A DNA stretch of 56,372 nucleotides, taken from the NCBI GenBank assembly GCA_039809605.1, contig JBDHVF010000001.1, positions 1 to 56,372 of the forward strand. The letters are read 5' to 3'. This DNA is from Polyangiales bacterium (GTDB lineage Bacteria; Myxococcota_A; Polyangia; Polyangiales; Ga0077539). The translations under genes and the position numbers were made by a program. Shown piece after piece: positions 45,669 to 54,695 of this stretch (position 1 is its first letter; every line of letters begins with the position of its first letter). Under the pieces are notes generated by a model. It worked only from the letters and a program-made list of their open reading frames with translations, had not been told where the DNA came from and made no database searches.

Positions 45669-47240
45669 TCAGCTCGTGGGGATCATCGGCAGCTCGGCGC
45701 GCTTCGCCAGCTTCGCGGGGAGCTCCTCGCGCAGCAGGAGCACGTAGTCGGGCACCGCGCCGGGCTTCGGCGAGCGGATCGCCACGACCTCGACGCCGTA
45801 TTTTCCCTTGGGCAGAGGCACCGCGTGGCCCACGTCGCCCGCGCGCAGCTCGAGGAGGTCGACGCCCGTCTTCGCGACGAAGAAGTGGTGGCTGCCGAAC
45901 GCGTGGTCGGCCTCCTGCGACGTGAGCCCGCGCCCGGTGACGCGCACGGTGACGGGCCGCTCGAGGTCGGCCCTGAACGCCGCGGCGGTCTTCTTGTTCA
46001 CCGCGTCGAGGAGCGCGTCCTCGTCGCCGGTCTCGGCGCCCGGCTCGCCGAGCGTCACGAGCTCGCCCTGCGCGAGGGTCACCGTCTCGTTCACCGCGCC
46101 GAGCGAGAGCGCCGGCTTCTCGGCCTTCGCGCGGGCCTTGCGCGGCGCCTCGACGGCGGCCTCGGCCTCGGCCTTCGGGGCGCGGCCCCGGCCCCCCTTG
46201 GGCTTCGGCCCCTCGTACCCGTGGGCCTTCGCGAGGTGCGCGCGGAGCTCGTCGGTCACGAGGTCCTTCGCGCGCGGCGACTCGACGAGGTCGATCACGG
46301 CGGCGAGGGCCGCGGGGAAGGTGCCGACGCACGACACCCACGTGAGGAGCCTGGTGATGAGCCGCGCCTGCTCGGCGCGCGAGGGCTCGCTCGAGCGCAC
46401 CGACTCGATCATCGAGTCGAGCTGCGCGTAGCGCGAGACCGCGTGCACGGTGGCCGACGAGGTCACCTCGACGCCGCACTGGAGCAGCGCCACCAGCGCG
46501 CGCCCGTCGGCGATGCCGCGCCGCGCGAGCTCCCGGCGCAGCGTGCCGTAGGTGTCGTGCGTGCCCTCCTCGTGGGCGTTGATGCGCGCGGCGAAGGGCT
46601 TGAAGACCCCGCGCAGCTCGCCCGCGGCGCACACCACGTCGAGCACGCGCCCGTCGATCTCGGCCCAGTCCTCGAAGCGCGGCGTGACGAGCTCGCCGAG
46701 GCGCAGCGCGACGGCCGCGTGGTCGGCGCCCGCCTGGGGCATCGGCCCGCCCGAGCGCACGTACTCGACCAGGGCCAGCTCGCGGTCGCTCAGGCCCGCC
46801 TTCGCGACGGCCCTCACGCGCTGCCGCGTCGCCTCGGCCGAGGCGGGGTCGGGCGTCGACGCGGCGCGCACGAGGTCGGCGGCGTGCAGCACGCGGAAGC
46901 CGTCGCGTTCGAAGCGCGAGGCCACCTGGGCGTACGAGGCCGAGGGGTGAAAGCCGAAGTGCTTCTGCCCGATGGGCCCCTCGCCGGAGAGCTCGTGCCC
47001 GAAGCACTCGAGGGCCACCTCGGTCACGAGGTCGAGCAGCTCCATCACCATCGCCGCGAGGGGGGCCGCGACGGGCTCCTCGGGCAGCTTCTCGTCGAGC
47101 GTGGAGCGCGCGGCGTGCGAGGGCGAGAGGAGGTAGCACGCGAGCTCCTCGAACACCTCGGGCATCTGCCGCGCTTCGATCAGCGGCCGTGCGATCGGCC
47201 AGTCCTTCACGCGGAACACGATGACGGAGGGGGAGTCCAT
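45669..47240 (-). CDS. Hypothetical protein
   Basis: 523 aa with natural composition and a Lys/Ala-rich linker (KPKGGRGRAPKAEAEAAVEAPRKARAKAEKP). The two >1000-aa ORFs covering it are shadows. Confidence 0.62.
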   Translation of the reverse strand: MDSPSVIVFRVKDWPIARPLIEARQMPEVFEELACYLLSPSHAARSTLDEKLPEEPVAAPLAAMVMELLDLVTEVALECFGHELSGEGPIGQKHFGFHPSASYAQVASRFERDGFRVLHAADLVRAASTPDPASAEATRQRVRAVAKAGLSDRELALVEYVRSGGPMPQAGADHAAVALRLGELVTPRFEDWAEIDGRVLDVVCAAGELRGVFKPFAARINAHEEGTHDTYGTLRRELARRGIADGRALVALLQCGVEVTSSATVHAVSRYAQLDSMIESVRSSEPSRAEQARLITRLLTWVSCVGTFPAALAAVIDLVESPRAKDLVTDELRAHLAKAHGYEGPKPKGGRGRAPKAEAEAAVEAPRKARAKAEKPALSLGAVNETVTLAQGELVTLGEPGAETGDEDALLDAVNKKTAAAFRADLERPVTVRVTGRGLTSQEADHAFGSHHFFVAKTGVDLLELRAGDVGHAVPLPKGKYGVEVVAIRSPKPGAVPDYVLLLREELPAKLAKRAELPMIPTS

Positions 47241-47346
47241 GAGCGCGCAACGGCCCTATCACCGCGTGCCGTGCGCCTTCAAGGGACAATCACCGCCTCG
47301 CGGCGTCTTTTCACGCCGTGCGCGTTCCGTGTTACGACGCGCGGCG

Positions 47347-47883
47347 ATGCGACCGCGGCGTGCGTCCCGTGCCCGTGCCCTCCCGACGGCTCTCGCGGCG
47401 TGGGCCCTGGCGGCGGCCCCGGCCCACGCGACGCCCCACGCGCTCACCCCCGCCGACCGCGCGGAGATCACCGCCCTGGCGCGCGCGTTCTTCGAAGCGA
47501 CGCGCGACGGAGCCCGCGACGTCCTGGGCGTGTACCCGACGCCCGCCGACCTGCGGAGCCTCTTCCCCGCGGCCCGCGCGGGCGCCGACGCGGGCCCGTC
47601 GCCCGCCGACGCGATCGTGCGGCGGCAGTACGAGGCCATCGAGCGTGACGCGCGGGCGCTTCGCGAGACGTTTCGTGGCGGGGTGTTTACGGGCCTCGCG
47701 CCCTCGTCGTACGCGCGCGGGGTCGTCGACCTGCGCCCCTGCGGGCGCTACGCGCGCGCGACCTCGCAGTGCGGCGACGGGCCCGTGATCGAGTACACGG
47801 TGAACGGCGAGGCGCGGCGCTTTCGCGTCGATACGCTGGTGCGCCTGCGCGGCCGCTGGCGCGTCTTCGACGTGCGCCCGTAG
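47347..47883 (+). CDS. Hypothetical secreted protein
   Basis: Start set at ATG 47347 (MRPRRASRARALPTALAAWALAAAPAHA signal); 178 aa. Confidence 0.5.
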   Translation: MRPRRASRARALPTALAAWALAAAPAHATPHALTPADRAEITALARAFFEATRDGARDVLGVYPTPADLRSLFPAARAGADAGPSPADAIVRRQYEAIERDARALRETFRGGVFTGLAPSSYARGVVDLRPCGRYARATSQCGDGPVIEYTVNGEARRFRVDTLVRLRGRWRVFDVRP

Positions 47884-47903
47884 ATCGTTCGGGGCACGAA
47901 CGA

Positions 47904-49214
47904 TCAGCCGACGCGCTCGAGCAGCAACGGCACCGGCGCGGGCGCCTCGCGCGCGAGGGTGACGGCGCGGTCGAGGCGCGCGACGGCGTCGGCGGCCTGC
48001 GCGTCGGAGCGCGCGTGCACGACGGCGATCACGTCGCCCTTCGCGACGCGGTCGCCGACGTTGCGTTCGAAGACGAAGCCCACGGAGGGGTCGATGGCGT
48101 CTTCGGCGCGCGTGCGCCCCGCCCCCATGGCGATGCCCGCGACGCCGACGGCGTGGGTGTCGATGGCGGCCACGAAGCCCTCGTCGCGCGCGCGCAGGGG
48201 CGAGCGCACCGGAGCGGCAGGGAGCGCCGATGCGTCGTCGACGGCCCTGGGGTCGCCGCCTTGCGCTTCGATCATCCTCCGCGCGACGCGGGACGCGCTG
48301 CCGTCGCGCACGGCGGCGAGGAGCCTCTCGCGCGCCTCGGCCTCGTCGCGCGCTGCGTGGCCCATGACGAGCATCGAGGCGCCGAGGGCGAGGGTGACCT
48401 CGGTGAGGTCGTCGGGCCCGCGGCCGTGGAGCACTTCGAACGCCTCGGCGGTCTCGAGGGCGTTGCCGACGGCGCGGCCGAGGGGGCGGTCCATGCGGGT
48501 GATCCAGGCGACGCAGTCCTTGCCAGCGCCGCGGGCGACGTCGACGAGGGCGGTGGCGAGCTCGCGCGCGCGCTCGGGGGTCTTCATGAACGCGCCGCTG
48601 CCGACCTTCACGTCGAGCACGAGGCCGTCGATGCCCTCGGCGAGCTTCTTCGAGAGGATGCTCGCCACGATGAGCGGGATCGACTCGACGGTGGCGGTCA
48701 CGTCGCGCAGCGCGTAGAGGCGCTTGTCGGCGGGGGCGAGCTCGCGCGTCTGCCCGATCATGCACGTGCCCACGTCGCGCACGACCTCACGAAACCGCTC
48801 GATCGAGAGGTTGACCGAGAAGCCGGGGATGGCCTCGAGCTTGTCGAGCGTGCCGCCCGTGTGTCCGAGCCCGCGGCCCGAGACCATGGGCACGTACACG
48901 CCGCACGCGGCGACCATGGGGGCGAGGCAGAGCGAGACCTTGTCTCCGACGCCGCCCGTGGAGTGCTTGTCGACCTTGCGGCGGGGGATGTCGCCGAGGT
49001 CGACGACGACGCCCGAGTCGCGCATGGCGAGTGTGAGGGCGACCGTCTCGTCGCGGGTCATGCCGCGGAAGTACACCGCCATGGCGAGGGCGGTCATCTG
49101 GTAGTCGGGCACGTCGCCGCGCACGAATCCCTCGACGAGCCCGCGGATCTCCGCGGCGGTGAGGGCCGCGCCGTCGCGCTTCGCGGCAAGGAGTTCGGGC
49201 ACCGAGCGCTGCAT
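47904..49214 (-). CDS. deoA: Thymidine/pyrimidine-nucleoside phosphorylase
   Basis: Start set at ATG 49214 (MQRSVPELLAAKRDG); 436 aa. The signature VDKHSTGGVGDKVSL is present, along with a PYNP C-terminal domain. Confidence 0.9.
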   Translation of the reverse strand: MQRSVPELLAAKRDGAALTAAEIRGLVEGFVRGDVPDYQMTALAMAVYFRGMTRDETVALTLAMRDSGVVVDLGDIPRRKVDKHSTGGVGDKVSLCLAPMVAACGVYVPMVSGRGLGHTGGTLDKLEAIPGFSVNLSIERFREVVRDVGTCMIGQTRELAPADKRLYALRDVTATVESIPLIVASILSKKLAEGIDGLVLDVKVGSGAFMKTPERARELATALVDVARGAGKDCVAWITRMDRPLGRAVGNALETAEAFEVLHGRGPDDLTEVTLALGASMLVMGHAARDEAEARERLLAAVRDGSASRVARRMIEAQGGDPRAVDDASALPAAPVRSPLRARDEGFVAAIDTHAVGVAGIAMGAGRTRAEDAIDPSVGFVFERNVGDRVAKGDVIAVVHARSDAQAADAVARLDRAVTLAREAPAPVPLLLERVG

Positions 49215-49313
49215 GGCCGCGGACGTTACCCCAACCGGGCGGCGGAGCGTCACCCCCTTCACGCGCGTGTTTACGGCCGCGCGCGGCGATGCTAGAGAGT
49301 GCCGCGCACCCGC

Positions 49314-49387
49314 TCGGGGATCGTCTAATGGCAGGACGCGGGATTTTGGTTCCCGCTATGGGGGTTCGAATCCCTCTCCCCGAACCA
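49314..49387 (+). tRNA. tRNA-Gln (anticodon UUG), CCA encoded
   Basis: Hand-folded cloverleaf. Acceptor TCGGGGA/TCCCCGA. D stem GTCT/GGAC. Anticodon stem CGGGA/TCCCG with loop TTTTGGT. 4-nt variable loop. T arm GGGGG-TTCGAAT-CCCTC. Discriminator A plus CCA. Confidence 0.88.
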
Positions 49388-49389
49388 TC

Positions 49390-49413
49390 GAACGCCCTGG
49401 AAACAGGGCGTTC
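49390..49413. terminator. Perfect 10-bp hairpin with GAAA loop between the tRNA and the int stop
   Basis: GAACGCCCTG-GAAA-CAGGGCGTTC. Its last base is the first base of the int stop codon complement. Confidence 0.5.
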
Positions 49414-50720
49414 TACGAGGACGGCCCGAAGCCGTCACCGCTACCGTCACCGCTATTCGTGGGCGAGTGCACCTCTCTCCCGAGGGCGAACTCCACCCGG
49501 AGCTTGAGCATCTCCTCGCACTGCCGCTGCCAGCTCGGCATCCGGTAGAGCTCGACGGCCGAGGCCGACGCGCGCGTCGCGTGGGTCCAGCGCTGGGCGA
49601 CCTCGGCGGCCATGCCCGCGTCGGCGCAGAGCGATACGAACGTATGCCTGAAGTCATGGACTCGGTGGGCGCCGATGCTCGCCCGCTTCAGGTCCACCTG
49701 AAGGTCGCGGTACACGGCCGCCTGACGCCGCGAACTGCCCACGCTCGGCACGAGGCGGTGCTTGCGCGCGGGCACGATCAGGTCCTGCGCCGTCGGCTCC
49801 CGGCCGAACCACGACGTCCAGCGGGAGTGCCACCACGCGAGGATGCGCGCGAGCTCGGGGTGCACCGGGATCTCGCGCACGGCGTCGGTCTTCGTCGGCA
49901 TGCGCGCGCGCAGCCGCTGGTGCCACTGCTCGGCGATCGTGAGGCGGTCGAGCGGAGCGTCGCGTGCGATGTCGCCCCAGCGCAGCCCCACGGCCTCGCC
50001 GAGGCGGCCGCCCGTGAGCACCTTCAGCGCGTAGAACACGCGGCGATCCTCGGGCGCGATCTCGCAACCGATGAGGCGCGCGAGCTCCACGACGGAGAGG
50101 CGCCTCCCCCGCCGCTTCGTCGGGTCCGCGTCGACCGCGCGGGGCCGCACCCCCTTGGGGAGCGTGGCGAAGGGGTCCTGCGAGAGCTTGTCCTCGAAGA
50201 CGGCGTGACGCAGGGCGCGGCCGACGAGGGCCGCGATGTTGCGGAGCGTGCGCGGGGCGGCGGGACGCCCCCGCCTGCTCGGGAGCCTCTTCAGCTCGCC
50301 CAGCCACGCGGCGATCACCTTCGGGGTGACCTCGCCCAGGGGGAACGCTCCGAGCGACGTGCGGGGAAGCCAGTAGCGGGCGAGCAGGAGGTCCTTCGGG
50401 GCCTCGGTGTAGGACTGCGTCCCGAGCCAGTCCTCGACCCACTTCAGGACCGTGAGCACACCGTCGGGGGCGGAGACGTGGGCCGCGTCCTGGCGGACGG
50501 GCGGCACGCGCGTCTCGTCGTAGCGGTGCTGCGCCCGCTGCGCGTACTCCCGCGCGTAGGGCCGCGTGATGGGCTTCCCGTCGGCGCGCGTGACGGGGAT
50601 CTCGACGCGCCTGTACTCCCCCGAGGGGAGCGTCGGCTCGTAGTGGAGCGTGATGCGGGCCATCCACTTCCCGCGGCGTTGAACGGCAGATCCTGTACGG
50701 CGGCGTCCCATCGCTGGCAC
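49413..50720 (-). CDS. Tyrosine-type site-specific integrase
   Basis: 435 aa (GTG 50720; alternative ATG 50711). The C-terminal catalytic region has HDFRHTF...W.H......Y, and the gene sits next to a tRNA. Confidence 0.88.
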   Translation of the reverse strand: MPAMGRRRTGSAVQRRGKWMARITLHYEPTLPSGEYRRVEIPVTRADGKPITRPYAREYAQRAQHRYDETRVPPVRQDAAHVSAPDGVLTVLKWVEDWLGTQSYTEAPKDLLLARYWLPRTSLGAFPLGEVTPKVIAAWLGELKRLPSRRGRPAAPRTLRNIAALVGRALRHAVFEDKLSQDPFATLPKGVRPRAVDADPTKRRGRRLSVVELARLIGCEIAPEDRRVFYALKVLTGGRLGEAVGLRWGDIARDAPLDRLTIAEQWHQRLRARMPTKTDAVREIPVHPELARILAWWHSRWTSWFGREPTAQDLIVPARKHRLVPSVGSSRRQAAVYRDLQVDLKRASIGAHRVHDFRHTFVSLCADAGMAAEVAQRWTHATRASASAVELYRMPSWQRQCEEMLKLRVEFALGREVHSPTNSGDGSGDGFGPSS

Positions 50721-50726
50721 CGTGAC

Positions 50727-51086
50727 TCAGGCCGAGCGCGGTCGCGCGCGACGCGGCGTGGAGGGTTGCGGCGAGCCCGCGGGCCACACCTTGTGGAGTT
50801 CCTGGTCGATCTCGTCGCCGCGAGTTGGCGACGAAGCGACGGGCATCCCCGCCACTGCGCGGTCGACGTCGGCGGGGCGCACCCAGGCGTCGCGGTGGTT
50901 CTCCTGGCGGATCTCCACGCAGTGCGAGACGCACCACGCGCGGAACTGCCGCGTGGACTTGCCGCGCCGCTTCGCTTCGGCGTCGAGGGCCACCCACTCC
51001 GGGGGCTGGTCGTTGCTCTGCGGCAGGACGCGGAGCGCATCGAGGATCGCCTGCCCGAGATGGCGCACGGTGTCGTCGTGCTTCAC
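50727..51086 (-). CDS. Excisionase-like DNA-binding protein (start uncertain)
   Basis: GTG 51086 gives 119 aa. WVALDAEAKRRGKSTRQFRAWCVSHCVEIRQENHRDAWVRPADVDRAV resembles excisionase/MerR-type winged HTH. It ends 6 nt before int. The 220-aa track ORF over-extends across the divergent promoter. Confidence 0.5.
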   Translation of the reverse strand: MKHDDTVRHLGQAILDALRVLPQSNDQPPEWVALDAEAKRRGKSTRQFRAWCVSHCVEIRQENHRDAWVRPADVDRAVAGMPVASSPTRGDEIDQELHKVWPAGSPQPSTPRRARPRSA

Positions 51087-51225
51087 GGCGACACCTCGGC
51101 GGCGATGCGAAGTGCGCGCGAACTCGCGTTGCCGCCCTCCCACTGAGGTGTGAGGCCATGGACACGTGGGCTTGAGGGCGGTGCATTCGACTTCATCGAA
51201 ACCCCAGCAACGACAAAGTGTTACG

Positions 51226-51254
51226 TTGCTTATGATTTTGTAATACAGTATCGT
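51226..51254 (+). promoter_or_regulatory. Candidate sigma70-like promoter (TTGCTT-17 nt-TATCGT)
   Basis: It lies in the only AT-rich stretch between the divergent xis-like and RHH genes. The -10 element ends 6 nt before ATG 51261. Confidence 0.3.
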
Positions 51255-51260
51255 ACGAAC

Positions 51261-52043
51261 ATGGTCAAGCCCCGCGGTACGAGTGCTTCGACGTCCCACC
51301 ACATGCTCACCGTCCGCATCACCACCGAGTTGCTGGAGGCCATCGACCGAGCGGTCGAGCAGGCCCAGGCGGAGCGGCCCGGCGCACACGTCCAGCGCTC
51401 AGATATCGTCAGGGAGTGTCTGGGGCGCGGCCTGCTCACGAAGGGCGCTGAGCATGGGGCTGCGGAGGCATCGAACCCCGACGTCGGCGTGCCTCCCCGG
51501 GGCACGAACTGGGGGGTGTGGATCGAAGAGGGCGAGGGCGGGGCTTCCGCGCAGGAGCGAGAAGCCGCCGCCGGGCGCCTGGAGGCCGAACTGTGCCTCT
51601 CCTATGGGCTTCGCAGCGAGCCGCGGGGCGGACATCCGCGCACCGTCGATCGTGCGGTCGTCCGGTACCTTCTCGATCAGGTGCACAAGACGCTGCCCAC
51701 GCAACAAGATCGCCAGGCGTTCTCGGGCCTCCTCCACTCCGGCCCCGGCGCCATCCTCGACGCGCTCGCCGAGCTCGTGCGTCGAGGGGGCATCGAAGGG
51801 CTGGGGCCCAATCGCTTGACCGCGCTCGGCCAGCTCGTCTCGCTCAAGGTTCGAAAGCGGGTCCTCGCAGACGTGCTGGACGCCTGCGAGTGGAGTCTGG
51901 GGTGGGCAGCCGAGAGCCTCGGGATGCGGCACGGATCCGGTCCGCTGCTGCGGATGATCCATGAGGTCGGGCTGGACGACGAGTATGAGGGGGCGCGCGC
52001 TGACGGTCGCGTTCGGCGTGGACCGCGTCCGAGCGGAAAGTAA
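51261..52043 (+). CDS. Ribbon-helix-helix regulator with C-terminal Fis-type HTH
   Basis: 260 aa from ATG 51261. The N-terminus HMLTVRITTELLEAIDRAVEQ...RSDIVRECL is RHH/CopG-like. The C-terminus ACEWSLGWAAESLGMRHGSGPLLRMIHEVGL is Fis/NtrC-type HTH-like. Confidence 0.62.
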   Translation: MVKPRGTSASTSHHMLTVRITTELLEAIDRAVEQAQAERPGAHVQRSDIVRECLGRGLLTKGAEHGAAEASNPDVGVPPRGTNWGVWIEEGEGGASAQEREAAAGRLEAELCLSYGLRSEPRGGHPRTVDRAVVRYLLDQVHKTLPTQQDRQAFSGLLHSGPGAILDALAELVRRGGIEGLGPNRLTALGQLVSLKVRKRVLADVLDACEWSLGWAAESLGMRHGSGPLLRMIHEVGLDDEYEGARADGRVRRGPRPSGK

Positions 52044-52238
52044 ATACGAATGAGCTTGTAAGTTATTCGCGCCCGGACTACAGTCTGAACGTCAGCGAAT
52101 GGCTGGCACCCCCCAGCGCGCGTTCCGAGCGGTCACAGGCGCGGGTAGGACGTGTCGGCGAGCCAACGCATCGTGACGACGGGCCATGTGCAGCCTCTCG
52201 CCGTTGCGATGAGCGTGGCTTGACGCGAGGGACGCTTG

Positions 52239-54695
52239 ATGAGCCGCAGCAAGACCACACCCGGCGCAACGAAGCCGACGATGAAGCTGCTGACGATCGC
52301 GATCAGCAAAATCTACGTGTCGAACCTCCGCACGGCGCGGGACTACCCGGCCCAGAAGCAGGAGGCGCTCAACGAGAGCGTTGCGCAGCTCGGTCTGCTG
52401 CATCCCCTTCTCGTCCGGCGCAGGGGCAGCCGTTACGAACTCCTCGCCGGAGGTGCCCGCGTCGAGGCGGCGGTTGCGGCGGGCGCGTCGAGGGTACGGT
52501 GCCAGGTTCTCGACGACACCACGAACGACCTGGTGGCCGAGCAGGCGGCGCTGGAAGAGAACCTGCGCAGGCACGGGTACTCCGGCGCGGAGCGCATGGT
52601 CGCGGTGTCGCGGCTCGCCAGGATCCACAAGGCCCTGTACGGCAAGACCAGGCGCGGTGGCGACCGGCGCTCGCAAAAGGCTCGGGAAGCCTCGACCAAG
52701 GGTGCGCCGCGCACTTTTGATCAGGCCGCCGCCAAGACGATCGGATGCGACCGCAGCACCATCACCCGAGGCCGCGCGCGTGCCGAGCGGCTCGCTCCCG
52801 AGGCCCTCAAGGCTCTGAAGGAGGGGAGGCTGACGGACACCAAGGCCGATCTGCTGGTCGCACTACCTGTCGCGGTTCAAGCCGAGCTTCTGCCCGCGAT
52901 CGTCAAGGCGTCGCGTGAGGAAGCGCGAGACCTCGTGACGGAGCGGCGCCTGGGCGCGTCCGGCGCGCCGTCCGTGGAGATGGGGCTCAAGGTGCTCACC
53001 TCGCGGGCTACACGCGCCGACCGAGCGGCCCACCGCCTCGTCGAGGCGTTGGGGGCGACCGAACGCATCGTCGAGATCGTCAAGGACGCCGGTGCGAGCC
53101 GCGCAGCCTGTGGCCATCTCCCCGAGACCCTCGATCGACTCTCTCAGGTAGCCCAGCGCCTCCTGGAGGCGCTTTCGCCGCCGGGAGGTGTCGATGTGCG
53201 CTCCGACGGGTGCCTCGCAGCCCAAGGCGGTGTGGGCGTGGAGACAGAGGCGGCAAGCGCGAATCCATCGGAAGAGCGCCCCACGACGGAGACCAAGCCG
53301 TCCACCACCGAGCCGGCCGGAGTGGAAGACCCCACGGGTGCGGTCGTCGCAGCGTCCCAAAGTGGCACGCTGAGCTCCGCGCGGGAACTTCCGCCCGTCG
53401 ACGTCTCCGAAAACCGGGGGGTTCCCAGGTCCTGGATTCCGCCGCGGAAGTCCATCCTCGCCCTGCGAAAAGACGCGGCGGGTCGACGGCGCGCCGAAGC
53501 GAACCACAAAGAAGGTCGAGACCCGTGCTTGACCCATGCCTACGCGGCTGTCCCTCCGTACGCGCTCGCAAATGCGGATGTCGTCACAGAAAAGCTGCGC
53601 AAGTGGCTCCCGGAGGCCATGGAGCGTGTGCCCGCATTGCTGTCCGCCAGAGCCAAAGCGAATCTGCATGAACTCCGTATGCAGCGCGTCGCATCCACGG
53701 CCGAAGGCACTCCCGGCGCGGACTCGGACGAGGAGCGCTCGAAAACTCCCAGGCTCCCCACACGCGGAGAACAGGAAGCCGTACTCAGCACCTGCCGCTG
53801 GCAGCGCTTCGCGATCGCGTTGCGAGGGACCGTACGGCCGCCAGATGGCATGTTGGCAGTGGAACTGCAGCAGGACCTCGAGCGGCTGTTTCGGGCAGTC
53901 ACGCTTCTGTTTCGTACACGCCATCGCGACCCCTGCATTGGCCCGACCACATGCGTCGTACGCCCAAGAGTGGCGACTGGGCATCGCCTCATTCTGCGAG
54001 GGCTCTACTTCGGTCCGAAGATGTATCGCGACGACCTCCGTGAGGCGGCGGAGAACGAGGACCCCGGCGTCAGCTTTCGCTGCCCCACCGGCGGCGCGAG
54101 CATCGATGACACCGAACACCCACTCGACGACACGCCGGAGAAGATGATTACCTGGCTGTTCGACGCAGGCAAGCAGGAAGGGCGCTTCGTGGCCGCATTC
54201 ATCGAAGAGGCAGCGCACAAAACGAGCCGATACGGGTGCTTCGAACTCCTCGAAGAGATGGTGCGTCAAGAGATCGACGGAGAGCAGCCCAAGAGGAAGC
54301 GTGGCCAGCGGAGCAGCAGCTCGACAACTCCCGCAACGACGACACAGGCTCCCGAAGCGCCCAAGGAGCACAGCAAAGTCCAGCGCGGCGGTGACCCGAC
54401 GCGGCGGCAACCTACATTGCTGGATCGCCTGCGAAACAAGGTCCCTCCATGCCCGACGGATGACGGGCCGACCATCCTGCGCCGGATCAAGAAGCGGCAG
54501 GATGCCGTTCGATCGCTCCGCTCTCGGTGGCTGACATTGCGGGTCAAGGACCCCGAGGTCAACCTCGCGTGCATCGAACATGATCTGCATGTTACCGCCG
54601 ACGCCTTGCGCCCTTTCGATGAGCTGGCATGCGGCGTTCCTGAGCCTGCGCTGATGCGAGCGTTCGACGCCTGGCTGCAAAAGCATGGGGCGTAG
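52239..54695 (+). CDS. ParB/KorB-like N-terminal domain protein with a long unassigned C-terminal region
   Basis: 818 aa from ATG 52239. LGLLHPLLVRRRGSRYELLAGGARVEAA, then EENLRRHGYSGAERM, then an HTH-like AKTIGCDRSTITRGRARAERL occur in ParB order. Third codon positions are G/C-rich on the plus strand. Confidence 0.78.
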   Translation: MSRSKTTPGATKPTMKLLTIAISKIYVSNLRTARDYPAQKQEALNESVAQLGLLHPLLVRRRGSRYELLAGGARVEAAVAAGASRVRCQVLDDTTNDLVAEQAALEENLRRHGYSGAERMVAVSRLARIHKALYGKTRRGGDRRSQKAREASTKGAPRTFDQAAAKTIGCDRSTITRGRARAERLAPEALKALKEGRLTDTKADLLVALPVAVQAELLPAIVKASREEARDLVTERRLGASGAPSVEMGLKVLTSRATRADRAAHRLVEALGATERIVEIVKDAGASRAACGHLPETLDRLSQVAQRLLEALSPPGGVDVRSDGCLAAQGGVGVETEAASANPSEERPTTETKPSTTEPAGVEDPTGAVVAASQSGTLSSARELPPVDVSENRGVPRSWIPPRKSILALRKDAAGRRRAEANHKEGRDPCLTHAYAAVPPYALANADVVTEKLRKWLPEAMERVPALLSARAKANLHELRMQRVASTAEGTPGADSDEERSKTPRLPTRGEQEAVLSTCRWQRFAIALRGTVRPPDGMLAVELQQDLERLFRAVTLLFRTRHRDPCIGPTTCVVRPRVATGHRLILRGLYFGPKMYRDDLREAAENEDPGVSFRCPTGGASIDDTEHPLDDTPEKMITWLFDAGKQEGRFVAAFIEEAAHKTSRYGCFELLEEMVRQEIDGEQPKRKRGQRSSSSTTPATTTQAPEAPKEHSKVQRGGDPTRRQPTLLDRLRNKVPPCPTDDGPTILRRIKKRQDAVRSLRSRWLTLRVKDPEVNLACIEHDLHVTADALRPFDELACGVPEPALMRAFDAWLQKHGA

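Noticed and set aside
44224-47648. 1021-aa minus and 1069-aa plus ORFs
   Set aside because: They overlap the O-antigen-ligase-like membrane protein (44301-45620) and the 523-aa hypothetical gene (45669-47240), whose translations look natural. The long ORFs are extremely Arg/Gly/Ala/Pro-rich.
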